Assembly (NCBI GenBank): GCA_008501735.1
Contig: QQUF01000033.1
Coordinates: 65,727-129,726 of the forward strand
Length of the DNA: 64,000 nucleotides
From: Calditrichota bacterium
GTDB lineage: Bacteria > CLD3
Direction of reading: 5' to 3'
Below, piece by piece: positions 38,011-47,649 of the stretch. Positions within the stretch are counted from its first letter, which is position 1. Each line of letters opens with the position of its first letter. Under the pieces are notes generated by a model. The model worked only from the letters and a program-made list of their open reading frames with translations. It did not search any database and was not told the origin of the DNA. Made by a program: the position numbers and the translations under genes.

Positions 38011-39051
38011 TTAACCCAAACTCCCTTCATTTGGAAAAAGATTTTCGGGCAACATTTTTTGTCGAATAAATTCTTTTTTAGCAATTTCAGTAATATCGCT
38101 TGCAAGTGCAGCTTCATAACGAATGTCGTGAACATAAGCCTTTACTCTTAACCTTGTTAAAAAAGTGTGGTTAAATTCATCTTGAACAAGCACAACAACA
38201 GGTTTTTCTAAGAAAACATACTTTGAAGTAAAAGCTGCGTCCAAAGCAATTTGTTTTGCTTTTTGAACGTCAACATTCCCAGGCAAGTAAAGCGTCGTAA
38301 CAACTTGACAATCCAATGCTCCTGCATTTGCATTTGAAACTGAATCGTTTATCACTTTGCTGTTTGGAACAGAAACTAAATTGTCGTCAGGAGTTACAAT
38401 TCTAACTGTTCTCAATCCCATATTTACAACTTCGCCGTAATGTTCACCAACTTGGATTTTATCTCCAACTTGAAACGGCTTATCCATAATTATTAAAATT
38501 CCACCAAAGATATTTTGCAAAATGTCTTGAGAAGCAAAACCAATTGCAATTCCAGCAGAAGCAGTAAAAGCCAAAAGTGATTCTTGTGTTGGGTGAAAAA
38601 TCGCAACAATTACAACATAAATTGCTGTCAGCCAAACAACAATCCGGACAATTGGAATCATTCCTTTAAGTGTAATTCTGTAAGTAGTAAACCTTTCAGC
38701 CATTAAATCTAAAAAGTAGGTAAAAGATTTAACAAGAACAACCGTTACCAAAACCAATAAAATTGTGTAAATAATTTGTCGAATTGGAAGAGCATCTTTG
38801 ATTTTCTCAGCTTGTTCTTTGACACCTTTTCCTTCTTTTACAGGAGTTTTCTTACTTACAGCAATTGTTGAATCGTTTAAAGTTTTTGCTAAAATTGACG
38901 AGTCTAAAGCAACAACAACTAAAGTGTCTTTTATTCCTAAAGTATCTATTTTCGTAGAATCTTTTTCTTCGGCTTGCAATGAGAAAAATTGGTAGCTGAC
39001 AAAGAATGTTGCAAAAAAGACTAACAAGAATTTTGTAGTAAATGATTTCAT
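38011..39051 (-). CDS. Mechanosensitive ion channel (MscS family).
   Basis: PFQVGDKIQVGEHYGEVVNMGLRTVRIVTPDDNLVSVPNSKV. Confidence 0.85.
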   Translation of the reverse strand: MKSFTTKFLLVFFATFFVSYQFFSLQAEEKDSTKIDTLGIKDTLVVVALDSSILAKTLNDSTIAVSKKTPVKEGKGVKEQAEKIKDALPIRQIIYTILLVLVTVVLVKSFTYFLDLMAERFTTYRITLKGMIPIVRIVVWLTAIYVVIVAIFHPTQESLLAFTASAGIAIGFASQDILQNIFGGILIIMDKPFQVGDKIQVGEHYGEVVNMGLRTVRIVTPDDNLVSVPNSKVINDSVSNANAGALDCQVVTTLYLPGNVDVQKAKQIALDAAFTSKYVFLEKPVVVLVQDEFNHTFLTRLRVKAYVHDIRYEAALASDITEIAKKEFIRQKMLPENLFPNEGSLG

Positions 39052-39069
39052 TTAATATCTCAATGAACT

Positions 39070-42000
39070 TTAATTTAAGATTTTGGCTGACTTTAAAACA
39101 TTTACAATTGGAGTGTAAACAACAGGATTTAAAGAATAATGTAAAGTCGAAACTTTATCATTTACTTTCTTCTCCTCACGAATCAAACCGAGAACTAACA
39201 ACGCTTCAACAATCAAACGACTTTGGGTTACACTCGAATGAAAAATCTCAGAATGTTCTTCCAAAGTGAGTTCCGAATGTTGAATAAAAGCCGCTAGAGA
39301 ATAAAGGTAATCTTGAGGCAGTTTGTTTACGAACCTGAAATCAAGTTTAACTAATTCCTTGACATTAATTTGATTATTCTCGCCTTCGGAAACTGACGAA
39401 AGCCAGTAAAAAATTGCTAAAAGCGGATTCCCTTCTGAAATTTCTAACAATGTATCGAAAAAATTTTCTTGAATAATTTTCTGCTTTTCTTTTTCATCTT
39501 TAATCTTTTTCAGTTTGCGTTGCTCGGTGGCATTTTGAGGTTCATCAAAAAGCAAATTAAACCCACTGACGTTATGCCTTACCAAAATTAGTTTTTCAAT
39601 CTCTTCTCGATTCAAAGGTGAAAGATTAATTTTGTAATAGAAATGAGCTGAAATTTTTCCAATTTTTTCAAAGTAGCTCCAAGCATATTTTCTAACTGTT
39701 ACAACCCAAAATAATTTTTCTGAAGTTTCAGAAATTAGTCCTAAAAGACCTTTCAAAGCACTTGTTCCACTAACAACCCTCAAAAAAAGATTTTCAAAAT
39801 TTTCGATAATTACGACTTTTTTCTTTTGTTTGAACAGAAGTTTTTTTACTAACTCAAATTCAGGTTGTTCTTCAATTTCAAATGCTTGACACAAAATTTT
39901 ACAAATTCCCTCTTCGGTGTGGTAAGAGCTTTTTAAATTTATTCGAATGATTTCCTCATTTTCAAAAATCAGATTTTCAGCACAGTTGATTAGACTTGTT
40001 TTTCCATTTCCAACTTCACCAATTAATACCAAATTTGAATCTCGGCTCTCTTTCCAACGCATAAAAGCTCCGCGAATCCCAAAAATATTACTATCGCGAG
40101 CTACTAAGAAATTCTTAGCAGCAAGAGGCTCAATGTTAAAAAGTTTAGAATAAATTAATGGAAGTTTTGCTTTCTTGACTGACGCAATGTCGGTTTGGTC
40201 TTTGATTTGTATGATTTCATCTTTGCTAAATTCTTCAAATCCCAACCTCTGTGTAATCGACTTTTTCTTTAATTTAAAAAGCGTATAAAAAATTTCGAGT
40301 TTGCGTTTTGCTGTTGAAAAGTAAAGATTAGCTTTTGTTTGAACTAATTTTACAGAAGTATCGAACTTGTCCTTTGCACCACCTTTTAAAAGATGAAAAC
40401 TTGTCTTAACATCGCTTTTAGTTTGGACTAATTCTTTAATTTTGTGAAAAGCATTTTTGAGACAAGAGACAACATTTTCAGAAAATTCAATTTCGCTTTT
40501 CTGAATATTTTCCAAATGCTCTTCCATCTGCATTTTTGCACGTTCAATTCCACCAAGGACAAGGTCTTCAGCATTTTTAAGGCGTTTTTTGCTAACTCTC
40601 TCTGAATCCAATTCTGACTGTGAAAGTTCTGAATTAAATCTAATAATTTCTTCAAAACGAATAAGTTCTTCAAGGAAATTATTTAGCTCAAGAGTAAGTT
40701 TTTGATAATTTTGGGTAATATTTTCAGGAACCTCTTTTTCGAGGTAAAGATTTACAATTCCCTGTAAAGAAAGCTCAACGTAATCACAATCGTAATCAAT
40801 TTCATCTGCTTTTCTAACTTTGTCTTTTAAGGTAAGTTCAATATTTCTTGTATTTTTGACGTAATTGTTCAGGACTAAAATGAATTCAGAAATTTGATTC
40901 TTAATCTTATTTTCGTCCATCGCTTTTTGCAAAATTTCTTTTGCTTCTGAAATCGAAACCAAAATCTCACCGACTAAGCTCAGAACGCTTTCTTTCTTTT
41001 CTTCACCAGAATTTGAGTAATCAAATTCAGAATTGATTTTATCAAAATTTTTGTCTGTAATTTCAACAATATGTCTCAAAGGTTTTTCAATACAATCGTG
41101 CTTTAACTGACTGATTTCTGCAATGATTTCATTAAGCATTGCACCGATTCGGCTTGAAAGTTTATAAGTGTAAAGGTTTGCAAAAATTGAGTTTTGAAAA
41201 GCATCAGTAAACATTTCTGATTTCTTCAGAAAATTTTTATTCTTCTCATTTGTTTTTTCTAAGTGCTTTTCGGATTTTGAAAGTTCCATTGAGACTGAAA
41301 ACTCAAAAGTATTACATTTTGAAATTCCATTTTGGAAAGAGCCAAAATGTGAGATTAAATTTGCAATTAAATTGTCAGATAAAATTTGTTCAGATTCAGA
41401 AATTTTTGTTACAAAATTATTGGTCTCAGCAGAAAGTTTTTCCTTAGAATTTTCAATAATTTCTAAGATTTCTTCTAACTTAGCTTCTTCTGTGTCTAAG
41501 CGATCCAAAATCTCATTTGTTGACTCAATTACAACTTCAATATTTTCTTCGATAAACTTTAGGACGAAAACAGAAGAATCATTTAAAATGAATAATTCTT
41601 TACAACTATCAGCCAAAAAATTATTTTCAAAAATATTTTTTAATTTTTGGACTTCAATATTTCTTGAAGCACCTTTTTTAAATTTTCTTTTTAATAATTT
41701 TCCAGCATTTACAAAAACAGAATCACCAGTCTGAGTATTGTATCTTACTTGCTCTTGTGGAATTGAAAAAGAATCTGAGTCTTGTTTTTTCAAAAAATTT
41801 TTCAATTTTTCAAATAACTCAGCTTGGCTTGGAATATCAAACTCATCAAAAGAATAAAGAAAATCATTCAAAAACCATTCAGCCATCTCACGACGTGATT
41901 TACGAATTTCTGATTTTATTTTTTCTCGCAATTCATCTTCTTGGAGGCTTTCAACTTCAACAAAAGTTGCCAAATCTTTAAAATAATTAAAAGATTTTTG

Positions 42001-42207
42001 CCGAAATTTGTAAACAAATCTTAAAAGCGAGAAACGCTTCTTTTCAATAGTTTCAATTTTAAAATATTTGAAACTTCTTTTAATTTCATTTGAAAATTGA
42101 AGAACTGCTTTTCCGACTTCTTGGTTTTCAAATTCAGAAATCTTAAAAACTAATTCTTTCGAGTCTTGAGTTTGAGAATTACCAGACTCTTGAATTTTAT
42201 CAGACAT
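39070..42207 (-). CDS. Cytoplasmic 1045-aa protein. It has a roughly 700-aa N-terminal coiled-coil region and a C-terminal P-loop NTPase domain (AAA/STAND-like) followed by a helical domain.
   Basis: There is no signal peptide or TM segment. The N-terminal two-thirds is highly charged with heptad-like repeats. Walker A is LVLIGEVGNGKTSLIN. A candidate Walker B is KKVVIIENFENLF. A downstream helical block is EGNPLLAIFYWL. Confidence 0.55.
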   Translation of the reverse strand: MSDKIQESGNSQTQDSKELVFKISEFENQEVGKAVLQFSNEIKRSFKYFKIETIEKKRFSLLRFVYKFRQKSFNYFKDLATFVEVESLQEDELREKIKSEIRKSRREMAEWFLNDFLYSFDEFDIPSQAELFEKLKNFLKKQDSDSFSIPQEQVRYNTQTGDSVFVNAGKLLKRKFKKGASRNIEVQKLKNIFENNFLADSCKELFILNDSSVFVLKFIEENIEVVIESTNEILDRLDTEEAKLEEILEIIENSKEKLSAETNNFVTKISESEQILSDNLIANLISHFGSFQNGISKCNTFEFSVSMELSKSEKHLEKTNEKNKNFLKKSEMFTDAFQNSIFANLYTYKLSSRIGAMLNEIIAEISQLKHDCIEKPLRHIVEITDKNFDKINSEFDYSNSGEEKKESVLSLVGEILVSISEAKEILQKAMDENKIKNQISEFILVLNNYVKNTRNIELTLKDKVRKADEIDYDCDYVELSLQGIVNLYLEKEVPENITQNYQKLTLELNNFLEELIRFEEIIRFNSELSQSELDSERVSKKRLKNAEDLVLGGIERAKMQMEEHLENIQKSEIEFSENVVSCLKNAFHKIKELVQTKSDVKTSFHLLKGGAKDKFDTSVKLVQTKANLYFSTAKRKLEIFYTLFKLKKKSITQRLGFEEFSKDEIIQIKDQTDIASVKKAKLPLIYSKLFNIEPLAAKNFLVARDSNIFGIRGAFMRWKESRDSNLVLIGEVGNGKTSLINCAENLIFENEEIIRINLKSSYHTEEGICKILCQAFEIEEQPEFELVKKLLFKQKKKVVIIENFENLFLRVVSGTSALKGLLGLISETSEKLFWVVTVRKYAWSYFEKIGKISAHFYYKINLSPLNREEIEKLILVRHNVSGFNLLFDEPQNATEQRKLKKIKDEKEKQKIIQENFFDTLLEISEGNPLLAIFYWLSSVSEGENNQINVKELVKLDFRFVNKLPQDYLYSLAAFIQHSELTLEEHSEIFHSSVTQSRLIVEALLVLGLIREEKKVNDKVSTLHYSLNPVVYTPIVNVLKSAKILN

Positions 42208-42308
42208 TCACAACCTACTACTAAATGATTCAGTAATTATAACAAATGAATTTTAAAAATTTTAAAAAAGATTTTAAGTAATTTCTGAGTTTTATTACTC
42301 GAAAACAA

Positions 42309-42980
42309 TTACCAAAATAGGCTTTTAAAATAAATTTTTACGAAGTTTGAGATGTCGCGTAAAGCTCGAATTTCGCTTTTTTCATCTCCATAAATTGTAG
42401 GAATCTCTATAAAGGAAATTTTGAAATTCCTTATTCCCGCTTTAATCAAAATCTCTGATTCTAACTCGTAACGAGAAGTCGTAAGTTCAATTTTACTAAG
42501 CATTTTTGTCGAATAAAGCCTAAAACCAGATTGACTATCTTCGATTTTTTGCCCAGTTCTAATTGAAAGCAAAAATGAAGTAATCGTATTTGAAGCTCTT
42601 CTGTGCATTGGCATTGTTTGCAAGTCCTTCATTCTTGAGCCAACCACTAAATCAGAACTTGTTTTTTCTTGACATTCTAAAAAGTTTGGGATTTTTTCAG
42701 GCAAGTGTTGAAGGTCGGAATCAATTGTTAAAACGAAGTCAAAATCATTTTTGATTGCCCACGAAAAGCCATTCTTAAGAGCTTCACCTTTACCAAAATT
42801 TTTTTCGTGTAACAAAGTTTTAGCTCCAAAAGATTCAGCTATCTCCAAAGTTTTATCTTTTGAGCCGTCATCAACAACTAATATTTTATCTCTATAAGGA
42901 AGAATTTTAGAAACTCTTGAAAGCAATTCTTCAAGAGTTCTTTCAGAATTGAAAGCAGGGATTAAAACACAAAAACTCAC
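42309..42980 (-). CDS. GT2 glycosyltransferase (polyprenol-phosphate sugar synthase, Dpm1-like).
   Basis: CVLIPAFNSERTL...VVDDGSKDKT...DSDLQH. Confidence 0.8.
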   Translation of the reverse strand: MSFCVLIPAFNSERTLEELLSRVSKILPYRDKILVVDDGSKDKTLEIAESFGAKTLLHEKNFGKGEALKNGFSWAIKNDFDFVLTIDSDLQHLPEKIPNFLECQEKTSSDLVVGSRMKDLQTMPMHRRASNTITSFLLSIRTGQKIEDSQSGFRLYSTKMLSKIELTTSRYELESEILIKAGIRNFKISFIEIPTIYGDEKSEIRALRDISNFVKIYFKSLFW

Positions 42981-42983
42981 AAC

Positions 42984-45338
42984 CTACTCACGAATAATTG
43001 CAACCTTAGATACTGCGGAACTTTCTTGGAATCCGTTGTCATAAAGAATCACAACGTAAACTCCAGTGGCAACTAATTTGCCGTCTGCATTTTTAGAATC
43101 CCAAACAATATTCCCACCTCCAGAAGGTGCTTCCAAACTTCTCACAAAACGTCCTGAGGAAGTGTAAATTTTGACTTCTGAATTTGAAGGTGCAGGTCGG
43201 ATTGTAATTGAATTTGATTTGCTCGGTGCAATTCTTGCTGGATTTGGGAAAATGTCAATTTCAGAAAGTTCGTCAGGTGTTGGAAATTTTCCCGTTGAAA
43301 GAATTGCAAGACCTGAATTTGTAGCGATGAATGCTTTTGTGTCTTCACCTTCAGGAGTGAAAAATTTTATATCATTAATTGCATTTTCAGGCAAAGGGCT
43401 GTTACTTGTAGAATAATTTTCGATAAAATCGTAAGTCCCAGGATTCAGGACGCTAATTCCTCTGTCAGTCCCAAACCAAACCTTACCTGTTGGGTCAACT
43501 TCAACACAAAAAATATTATCGCTTAGAATTCGATTTCCAGGTAGACCAAAAATTCTTTCAACAAAAGGCGAATTCGCAGAAGTGTTCAGTCTGTAAGCTC
43601 CGTCTGGAGTTCCAACCCAACCTTCTCCATTTTGGTCAATTTCAAAATCTCGAACTTTACTATTTTCTAAGCCATTGTTAGTTTTGCTAATTGTGTAGTA
43701 AAAATCATCACTTTGGTCATCAAAAGTGTAATTGTGTTCTACTTGAACAATTGGATAATCAAAGTCATTAGTAAAAGATGTAACCCAAGCGTGTCCTTGA
43801 AAATCAAATCGGATTTCTTCAATTGAAGTCGTGTAAAGCCCTTCCAAATTAGAAAGTGTAGGAAAAGGAGCAACTTTCATTCCACCAAGTTTAGTTTTTG
43901 TAGTGTCATTTTTTACAACAACAACAACGTCTTTAGTCTCAGGGACAAGTTTATTCGAAAGCCAAATATTTCCTCTTGGGTCTTCTGCAATTCCTTGAAC
44001 AATTACAAAAGTTGTATCTCCACTATTCAAAAATGCTCCGCTCAAAATATCTGTATAAAAATGTGTGTAAGTGTCTTTTGTTGCCTCATTCTGTTGAACT
44101 CTAACAACTCCCTTTCCAGGGTTTCCGAGCCAAATATTATTTTTGGAATCTGCGAAAATCTCAAAATGTGAATTTGAAATAATTTCTGGGGTATTAGCCG
44201 TATTTAGGTGATTCCAAATTCCATTTTCATAAGTCATTACCCCAAAAGAAATCGGCTTTTCTGGTGAACGACCTGTCAAAACCCAAAGTTTACCTTTTGT
44301 ATCAACAGCGATTTTATCGAAAAAATTGGTAACAGGAACATTCAAAGCAATTTCAGACCATTCAGTCTCAAACCTAAAAAAACCTTCTTTTTCGGTTCCA
44401 ACTAAAAAATCTCCATTTTCTAATTGAACTAAATCTATTGGATTTGGTAAATTTTCTCCACCCATAATTTGTGTCCAATTGTTCCCGTCAAATTTAAAGA
44501 TACCAGCGGAAGTACAAGAATAAAGTTCGGAATTGATAACTTTAAGGGAGTTTATATTTCCTGATGGAGAATTAATTTCTTCAATTTCTAACTGAGTAAC
44601 ACTTAAATGAGTATCTAAAGTCAATTGAAAACTAATTTTAAAAATGCCTGACTCTGTATGCAAAAAGTATTTATTTTTGTTAGAGACAGAATCAAAGTTT
44701 TTGGTAATCGAAAAAATATCGTTTGCTGTTGGAAGTAAAAAAGATGTCCAATTATTCGGGTCTTGAATGTTTGGAACAGTTAGTAAAGTTATTGCTAACC
44801 CTTTTTCTGTTCCTACAAGAAGAATATCTCCATCTTTGTAAAAAGAATAAATTTGAGGCTCAGTTCCAATCGCAGTTCCAAAATTTTGAATTGACTCGAG
44901 TACTTTTAAATCAGTTCTTGAAATAATATTGATTTGATTTAAAGTTGCTGCAATAACGGTATCAGATTTAGCATCAATTTGAATTACTTCACTTCCACCA
45001 AAGTCTGCAAAAGATTGGATTGTTCCCGAAGCAGAATCCCAAATTTTTATTTTACCACTTTCTTGGAAACCAAGCCAAGTTTTACCTTCTGAATCAATTG
45101 AAACAGCTGTTAAGTCCAATTCGGTTAGCCCATCGTTTTTAGAAATAATTTCAACAGAATTTCCATTTTCGGTTACAAGACCTCCATCAGTCGCAGCAAA
45201 CCATTTTCCATTTTTGAAATCTAAATCTTTTACTGAGTTTACAGAAGTAAAGACTTGCCAATTTGAAAAGTCTTGAGAAAAAAGAGTGGGAATTTGAAGA
45301 CTCAAACACAAACCCCAAAGACACATTTTTTTGAACAT
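42984..45338 (-). CDS. Secreted beta-propeller protein (two-component-regulator-propeller / Reg_prop-like repeats) with a T9SS-type C-terminal sorting domain.
   Basis: It has a signal peptide. Repeated GL..N.V..I..D..G..W.GT motifs are present. The C-terminus is IFPNPAR...VKIYTSSGRFVRSL...GVYVVILYDNG. Confidence 0.6.
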   Translation of the reverse strand: MFKKMCLWGLCLSLQIPTLFSQDFSNWQVFTSVNSVKDLDFKNGKWFAATDGGLVTENGNSVEIISKNDGLTELDLTAVSIDSEGKTWLGFQESGKIKIWDSASGTIQSFADFGGSEVIQIDAKSDTVIAATLNQINIISRTDLKVLESIQNFGTAIGTEPQIYSFYKDGDILLVGTEKGLAITLLTVPNIQDPNNWTSFLLPTANDIFSITKNFDSVSNKNKYFLHTESGIFKISFQLTLDTHLSVTQLEIEEINSPSGNINSLKVINSELYSCTSAGIFKFDGNNWTQIMGGENLPNPIDLVQLENGDFLVGTEKEGFFRFETEWSEIALNVPVTNFFDKIAVDTKGKLWVLTGRSPEKPISFGVMTYENGIWNHLNTANTPEIISNSHFEIFADSKNNIWLGNPGKGVVRVQQNEATKDTYTHFYTDILSGAFLNSGDTTFVIVQGIAEDPRGNIWLSNKLVPETKDVVVVVKNDTTKTKLGGMKVAPFPTLSNLEGLYTTSIEEIRFDFQGHAWVTSFTNDFDYPIVQVEHNYTFDDQSDDFYYTISKTNNGLENSKVRDFEIDQNGEGWVGTPDGAYRLNTSANSPFVERIFGLPGNRILSDNIFCVEVDPTGKVWFGTDRGISVLNPGTYDFIENYSTSNSPLPENAINDIKFFTPEGEDTKAFIATNSGLAILSTGKFPTPDELSEIDIFPNPARIAPSKSNSITIRPAPSNSEVKIYTSSGRFVRSLEAPSGGGNIVWDSKNADGKLVATGVYVVILYDNGFQESSAVSKVAIIRE

Positions 45339-45386
45339 TAAGTTCTTCCTTTTTGGTTAAAAAATTACCCGTAGAACCAAAACAGA

Positions 45387-45854
45387 TTAAATTTGCTCAA
45401 ATAGATTTGCCATTTCAATTGCTCCCAAAGCAGAATCCCAACCTTTATTTCCTGCTTTTGTTCCTGCTCTTTCGATAGCTTGTTCGATTGTATCAGTTGT
45501 AAGAACACCAAAAGAAATAGGAATATCAGTTTCAATACTTACGTTTGCAATTCCTTTTGAAACTTCTGCAGAAACATAATCGAAATGTGGAGTTGCTCCT
45601 CGAATAACAGCTCCAAGACAAATTATTGCATTAAATTTTCCTGATTTAGCAATTTTCTTAGCTACAAGTGGAATTTCATAAGAACCTGGAACCCAAAAGA
45701 TTTCAATATTTTTTTCATCAACTTTGTGCCTTGTAAGACAATCAATACTTCCGCTAAGAAGTTTTGAGCCGATTAGTTCATTGAAACGACTTACGATTAC
45801 CGCAAACTTATGATTTTCATTTGCAACCAAATTTCCTTGAGTAACTTTTAACAT
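45387..45854 (-). CDS. ribH: 6,7-dimethyl-8-ribityllumazine synthase.
   Basis: [13 protein letters not shown]...GSYEIPL...[14 protein letters not shown]. The start was moved to Met49 of the track ORF (ATG at 45854, preceded by AGAGG). The upstream 48 codons are non-homologous. Confidence 0.85.
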   Translation of the reverse strand: MLKVTQGNLVANENHKFAVIVSRFNELIGSKLLSGSIDCLTRHKVDEKNIEIFWVPGSYEIPLVAKKIAKSGKFNAIICLGAVIRGATPHFDYVSAEVSKGIANVSIETDIPISFGVLTTDTIEQAIERAGTKAGNKGWDSALGAIEMANLFEQI

Positions 45855-46025
45855 AAAAACCTCTAAAATTGTATTTTTCACTTTTTTGTTAACGCAAAAG
45901 TCAATTGAGAATTTCACGTCGGGCAAAGTTAGTAAATTTTTGAAAAATTCATTTGGGAAAAATTGAGTAGAGACGTAACAGACCACGCCTCTACTCAATT
46001 TTTGTAAAATCTAGAAATGTTCAAA

Positions 46026-47639
46026 TTATTTATTTAATTCGATTCCGTTAAAAAGTGGGTTTTCAAAATTTTCGATTTTATGAAAGATGTAAGGGCTTGA
46101 AGGACCTAAAACTGTGTCTCCAGAAGAGTTCCAGCCTAAATCCCAACTTGTAAGCAAAGTATCATAAATTTCAGTTTCCGAAGTCAAGTAGGCAACATTT
46201 GGAATTGAACTTAAGCATTCTTCCCCTTTTGTATTTCCAAGAAATCTATTTTTAGACTCTTCATAAATAAAATGAACATCACAGCCTTCAGCCCAAATTA
46301 AGTCATCTTGACTTAAACCATCAAAATCAGAAGGTGTTTCCCACGAACCTACAAATTCTTCTGGGTTCGAAAGCCTATAAATTCTATCGAAAAGACCATT
46401 ATTTTCATAAGTTAAATGATAAATTCTTTGCCTGTAAGGACTGCTTTGGCTTTCAAACTGAGCTTGTTCTACATAAACCCAATAACCGTCTTTCCTCTCA
46501 CTCCAAATTGTCGCAATTTTCATTCTTACATCAAAGATATAAGGATCATTTGAATTTTGTGCTTGTTCTTCACTACTGAAAGAACCTGTCAACCAATCAG
46601 AAAGTAAATCCAAATCTTTACTTTTACCAAACCCATTGATAGGAATTACAACTAATGAATCAGTTTGTGAGTTACTTTTAATTACTAATGAATCAGAGTG
46701 GGCATTAGTACTAATTGGTAAAAAAGTTACATTGAATGATTGAGACTCATTTGGAAGAATTGACATTGGAGTTGCTGCATCTGTTTCAAATCCTTTAAAT
46801 TCATTTAAAAAATAAATTTCAGTGACTAATAATTCAGAATTTCCTTCATTTCTTAATGTTATACTTTTTGAAAATGATTCGCCAATCTCTGTATCCTCAA
46901 ATTCTATATTTGGAGTATCTGAAATAATTTGGCTAAAGGCTTCGTCTGCATTTCCGATAAATACTGTATGTTTTGGGTTTGCTTGATTACTAAAAATACT
47001 CATTTCGGCACTTGCTTGTCCGATTGCTTGTGGTTTGTAAGTAAAATTAATAAAAGATGAATCTCCATTTGATATTTCAAGAGCTGTTACTAAAGCTGTT
47101 TCAAAGTTTCTAGGAGGTGTAAATACAATATTTGAGATACGAACTGGTGAGTTTCCTAAATTTTTCACTTTCATATTTTTAGTAATTTCATTTGGAAAAA
47201 CGACCGTTCCGAAGTCCAAAGTATCAATTTCAGTTCCAAGTAAAAAAGTTTGTGCTAGTCCTTTCCCTCTTAAAGTCATAATATTTGAACCACCTTTTGC
47301 ATTGCTCGAAACCGAAAGTTTCCCTTCGTAATTAGTTACTGCATTTGGTGTAAAATTTATTTCAATTTTATGATTCTCACCACTTTCTAAGATTACTGGT
47401 AAAGAATCATTAGAAACACTAAAAATTAATGAAGAATCAATAGAAATTGAGTTTACTTCTAAAGGAAGGTCACCAACATTTTCAATTGTTAAAAATTGTG
47501 ATGTTTTAAAAGTTACAGGAATATCGCTAAACTCCAATACTGCTGGGTTAAGATTAATTTCTGGTTTGCTTTCAATTTTGTCCTCAGAACAAGAGAACAG
47601 AAAAGTTAAACTCAGAAGAAATAAATATTTAAAATTCAT
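46026..47639 (-). CDS. Lipoprotein with N-terminal Ig-like domains and a C-terminal CpcT/CpeT-like (DUF1001 fold) domain.
   Basis: Lipobox LFSCSE. The C-terminal block is DWLTGSFSSEEQAQ...PYRQRIYHL. It resembles the CpcT bilin-lyase family signature (G.FSN.EQA ... YRQR.Y). Confidence 0.45.
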   Translation of the reverse strand: MNFKYLFLLSLTFLFSCSEDKIESKPEINLNPAVLEFSDIPVTFKTSQFLTIENVGDLPLEVNSISIDSSLIFSVSNDSLPVILESGENHKIEINFTPNAVTNYEGKLSVSSNAKGGSNIMTLRGKGLAQTFLLGTEIDTLDFGTVVFPNEITKNMKVKNLGNSPVRISNIVFTPPRNFETALVTALEISNGDSSFINFTYKPQAIGQASAEMSIFSNQANPKHTVFIGNADEAFSQIISDTPNIEFEDTEIGESFSKSITLRNEGNSELLVTEIYFLNEFKGFETDAATPMSILPNESQSFNVTFLPISTNAHSDSLVIKSNSQTDSLVVIPINGFGKSKDLDLLSDWLTGSFSSEEQAQNSNDPYIFDVRMKIATIWSERKDGYWVYVEQAQFESQSSPYRQRIYHLTYENNGLFDRIYRLSNPEEFVGSWETPSDFDGLSQDDLIWAEGCDVHFIYEESKNRFLGNTKGEECLSSIPNVAYLTSETEIYDTLLTSWDLGWNSSGDTVLGPSSPYIFHKIENFENPLFNGIELNK

Positions 47640-47649
47640 TTTTAAATCC

